The notes below the pieces were generated by a model. That model made no database searches. It saw nothing but the letters and a program-made list of their open reading frames with translations, and had not been told where the DNA came from. Position numbers and translations under genes: made by a program. 37,777 nt of DNA, from positions 1 through 37,777 of the forward strand of contig RBNJ01000179.1 in assembly GCA_003990765.1 (NCBI GenBank). The letters are read 5' to 3'. Each line of letters opens with the position of its first letter. Position 1 is the stretch's first letter. Of this stretch, positions 34,380-37,777 are shown piece by piece. This DNA comes from Jimgerdemannia flammicorona. Its lineage: Eukaryota.

Positions 34380-36280
34380 GCTTGGATAGGTGTGGGGACT
34401 GGCTCTTGCTGTGGGATGGGAACTCAGTCAGTGCTAGACCTGGTGGTCCTCAGCAATTTGTTTTGAACTCCAGCTGGTATCAGTTGCAGGAACTGCAGAA
34501 GGGGGACCTCTATCTTGACTTCTTGAATCTTCTGCCAGGCTTCATTGTAGATGTCTCTAGTTATGATCTTCAGGGTATACTTCTTCTTAGGCTTTGGGGC
34601 TGCAGGTTCTTGCTCTTCTTGTTCCATTTCTTCATCTTCTGATAGAAGCTCATTTGTCTTGGAGACAAATGGTGTGGAAGTTTGGGGAGGTGTTTCTACC
34701 TGCTCCTCCTCATGTTCTTCATCTTCTTCTTGGATGATTCTTCTGCTGATATTCCTGGATGGCCTTCCTATAGATCTCTTTCTTTTTTCTACTGGGTAGA
34801 CAGTTTTCTGAGTTGTAATCATAATAGAGTATAAGTCCAGATCACTGTAGTCTTCACTGTTGCTTGCTTCCATGAAATCTTCAACAGGATGGGCTTCAGT
34901 CTTCTTGTACTGAGTGTCACTCCTTCAGTTTGATAGTTCTGTGTCTCTTTGGTCACTTCTTTTGTTGTCGTATTCAGTGGCATAGTGTCCAAATTGTCCA
35001 CTATGAAAGCATTAGACTTGGGCTCTGTCTCAGACAGAATATCTTCTTTTCTCTCACTGGTAGCTCCTGTTATCTCTTGGTGGATAACCTTGGCTCCTCT
35101 GGGGTGGATATCCTCTGTTATCTTGATAGCTCCAATTTCATATGTGGTGAGTTTTTCAATCTATCTGACCAATTAGTCCAACTTAGAGCTGAGGTCTTGG
35201 ATTTCACTCCTGTTTTTCTTTTCTTCTTTAGCTGGTCTTCTTTCTTTGGATCTCTCTTGTTCTTGAAGGAGTCCTTATAGGGCTTTGACCAGGATATCTT
35301 CTTTATCTTATTTCTTATCATGATCATTCCAGGTAGTTTCTTGTCTGATATTGAAGAATTCTTGGGCTGCATTTACTTACTCTTCAGACCTTCTGATGTC
35401 TAGGATATAGATATGCTGGGCAATATTTGGGGGAATCCCATTTATGAAGGTCATTGGACCTATTATGTCTTGGTTGGTGGCATTGAATCTGGCAGCATAC
35501 ATTCTCTTCTGGATTCTTGTGAAGAAGGCTCTGAGTGATTTTCTAAGATTCATCTTCATCTCTATGATGGATTCTTGAGCCTTGTGGTAGGTTTCATTTT
35601 CTACATATTTTTCAATGAGCCAGTAGACCATGGCTACATATTCTAGCTTATAAGATGCTGCTGCTTATATCTGTCTCACCAGTTCTGAATGTGGGTCATT
35701 TGCTGTTTAGTGGAAAATTCCTCTGGCTGGTTCTCTGAGCTGGGTCTTGTAGATGGCAATTTTTCTTTCATCTGAAAGATTCCTCAGGGCTGTGATTCCT
35801 TCAATTCCATCAAGGAATTCTCTGGGGTCTTCCTCCAGATATCCTGCAAAAGTTGGCAGTGAGGTGGCCATTTCATCATCACTTTCTTCTGATTCTGGTT
35901 CTGGTTCAGATTCTGATTCGGATTCACTTTCTGAACTGTCACTGGAGATGGGAGTGCCTGAGTATCTTGAGGATGGTGTTCTGGACCTTAGATGAAGTGG
36001 AATGAGCCTAGGTATTCTTATAGGAGCTACTTCCAATTCTGCAAGTGCTGGTGGTAAAGGTTCAATGGGTGAGATTGGTGAGACTGATATGGAGTACCTG
36101 GCTGTAAGATCCTGGGCTTGTATAATGAGATTTTCTAGTTCTTGTACAAGTTCTTCAAGTTGTCCAGCAGGGTCACCTGTGTTGTCTGGTTGATCTGCTT
36201 GGGGTTCTCTGACTGTATTTGCTTCTGGTTGGGATCCTACTGATACTGGGTATTTGGTAAGTCTTGAGGTAATACTTCTC
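34380..36280 (-). pseudogene. gag: A3 Gag
   Basis: Fragments 35707..36036, 35377..35631, 34424..34873 match A1 Gag; knuckle remnant CFHSGQFGHYATEY. Confidence 0.88.
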
Positions 36281-36434
36281 TTCCTGTCCAGATACTGGTG
36301 ATGACTTGTTCTCCTATGGTGGTAGAGATTGGTGTTATATCAAATATATCCAGTTTGACTGTGGGTTCTTTTAAGCTGAAAAGTCATGTCAATTTAAAAT
36401 CTTCCCAGTTGAGTCCCCAAATGTAATGTACCTA

Positions 36435-36438
<4 letters not shown>

Positions 36439-36502
<64 letters not shown>

Positions 36503-37388
36503 TCACTTGGACTCTTCCTTTATTACATCCATCTATCCCATATAAGTACAGTGAACCCACCCCCTATCCAATCCCCCTAGGGGGGCCCCTCTCTCCTACT
36601 CCTTCTCGACGAAACACCACTCTATCAAATATAATTCCCACTCTCCCACCACTCTATTCACATATCCTTGTCACCAAACCTTGCCATCACCCCCCTGAAG
36701 GACCCCAACCTATCCACCATCCAGTCATCAGATCATCCAACAGCTCCTCCCACCTTAAAACCTTCTCCTGCGGGCTCACCTGCTGTTCCTCCTCAAACAC
36801 AAATAGCCAATGTCTCACCAATCCCATCCAAACTGCTAACACCCACCCAATAGTGAGCCAACTATCACCCACCCCCTCCACTAGCCAAGACCTCAAGTCC
36901 TCCCAGTGATCCCCCTCACCTGCCAGCCTGCACCACACCCAGTCTATCCCCTATCTCAACCCAAAAGTCCCACAAAACCTCACACTCTCTCAGCCAATAT
37001 TCTGGTGTCTGCACTAAACCCCCAGCTTGCCCTACATTGTAACACTCCTCACAATTGAAACAGCCACCATCCACCAGATACCTGGTGCAGAAATTCAGCA
37101 TGACATTCCTCCATAACATTCACCACCACACAACCCAGAACTTGGGGGGAAGCCACTGCCATACCTCAGCACTCCAAGACGAGATACCTGCCCAGTCCCA
37201 CTCCTCACTGATCTTGACTGCCTGCCACTGCTTGGCCAAAGATCCTGGCCAAGACCCTACTGACACTCCACTCTATCTCCAATATCAAAAGCAGCAAGTG
37301 GATCACCCCCCAGTAGCAGTCTATCCCATCTCCACATACTAGGTCCCCACAATACCTCCCCCTCATTGCCTTGCCAGTACAGACCAAT
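36439..37388 (-). mobile_element. 3' part of an L1/Tx1-like LINE with ~62-nt poly(A) tail
   Basis: Poly(T) 36439-36500 interrupts the A3 LTR at gctc|aatgg; minus-strand LWRNV...GCFNC...TPEYWLREC..LWDFW resembles the ORF2 C-terminal Cys-rich domain. Confidence 0.8.
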
Positions 37389-37777
37389 TCTGTGCGGGGT
37401 TGGCTGGAAGGTTGGAGCCTTTGCAGACGACATGGTGGTTGGTTTGGGAGTGATTGCGGATGTCGAGGAGCTCCAGAAGACAGTGGAGTGGTATGAGGAG
37501 AACTCCGGGGCGAAGCTGAATTGGCACAAGTGCGAAACAATGGTGCTGGGCAATGGCTTGGTGGGCGGAGAAGTTATTGGAACAATTGTCCCCGCCGGAG
37601 AGGCCGTGCGGTACTTGGGCATCTATCTGTCAGTCTATGGGTCGGTTTTGCCCAGGCTGTGGTGGGAGCAGAGGATTGGAAGTTGGGAGGAGGTCCTGCG
37701 GGGTTGGGGGGGTCGACACTTCTCTCTGGCAGGAAGGATCTCGATTTTGAACGTTTACTGGCTGCCGAAGCTGTGGT
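37387..37777 (+). pseudogene. L1/Tx1-like ORF2 RT fragment (runs off the right edge)
   Basis: WKVGAFADD, YEENSGAKLNWHKC, VRYLGIYL, SLAGRISILNVYWLPKLW; one frameshift in a G-run at ~37686. Confidence 0.9.

Larger units (their letters stand above)
22043..36438 (-). mobile_element. Family A copy A3, near full length; 3' LTR split by Ngaro, 5' LTR cut by LINE
   Basis: 3' LTR 22043-22310 + 27803-28906, internal 28907-36421, PBS ~36402-36419, 5' LTR stub 36422-36438. Confidence 0.93.

Noticed and set aside
36439..36500. Poly(T) as terminator or microsatellite
   Set aside because: It interrupts an LTR exactly and abuts LINE 3' sequence, so it is a poly(A) tail

Overview
Eukaryotic (most likely fungal; inferred from introns and the TE mix) repeat cluster made entirely of nested, decayed transposable elements; no host gene is evident. 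Ty3/Gypsy family A (tRNA-Pro-type PBS, Gag-PR-dUTPase-RT-RH-IN) occurs four times: A1 (1-3369, -, least decayed), A4 (inverted fragment, 3370-~3856, +), A2 (~3857-22042, -, oldest and AT-rich) and A3 (22043-36438+, -). A full-length family B element (6641-18262, -, ~1.5 kb LTRs, 4-bp TSD, also with dUTPase) sits in the RT of A2. A PIF/Harbinger transposon (6941-9793) sits in B's 3' LTR, an Ngaro tyrosine-recombinase retrotransposon (22311-27802) in A3's 3' LTR, and L1/Tx1-like LINE sequence with a poly(A) tail and an internal strand switch in A3's 5' LTR. Most novel: both Gypsy families carry an extra non-env ORF after integrase with a shared motif; in family B it lies inside the LTR and ends in a CxxCxxC array. 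Both also have Cys/His inserts between protease and dUTPase. Alignments were done by eye; coordinates of degenerate domains are approximate.
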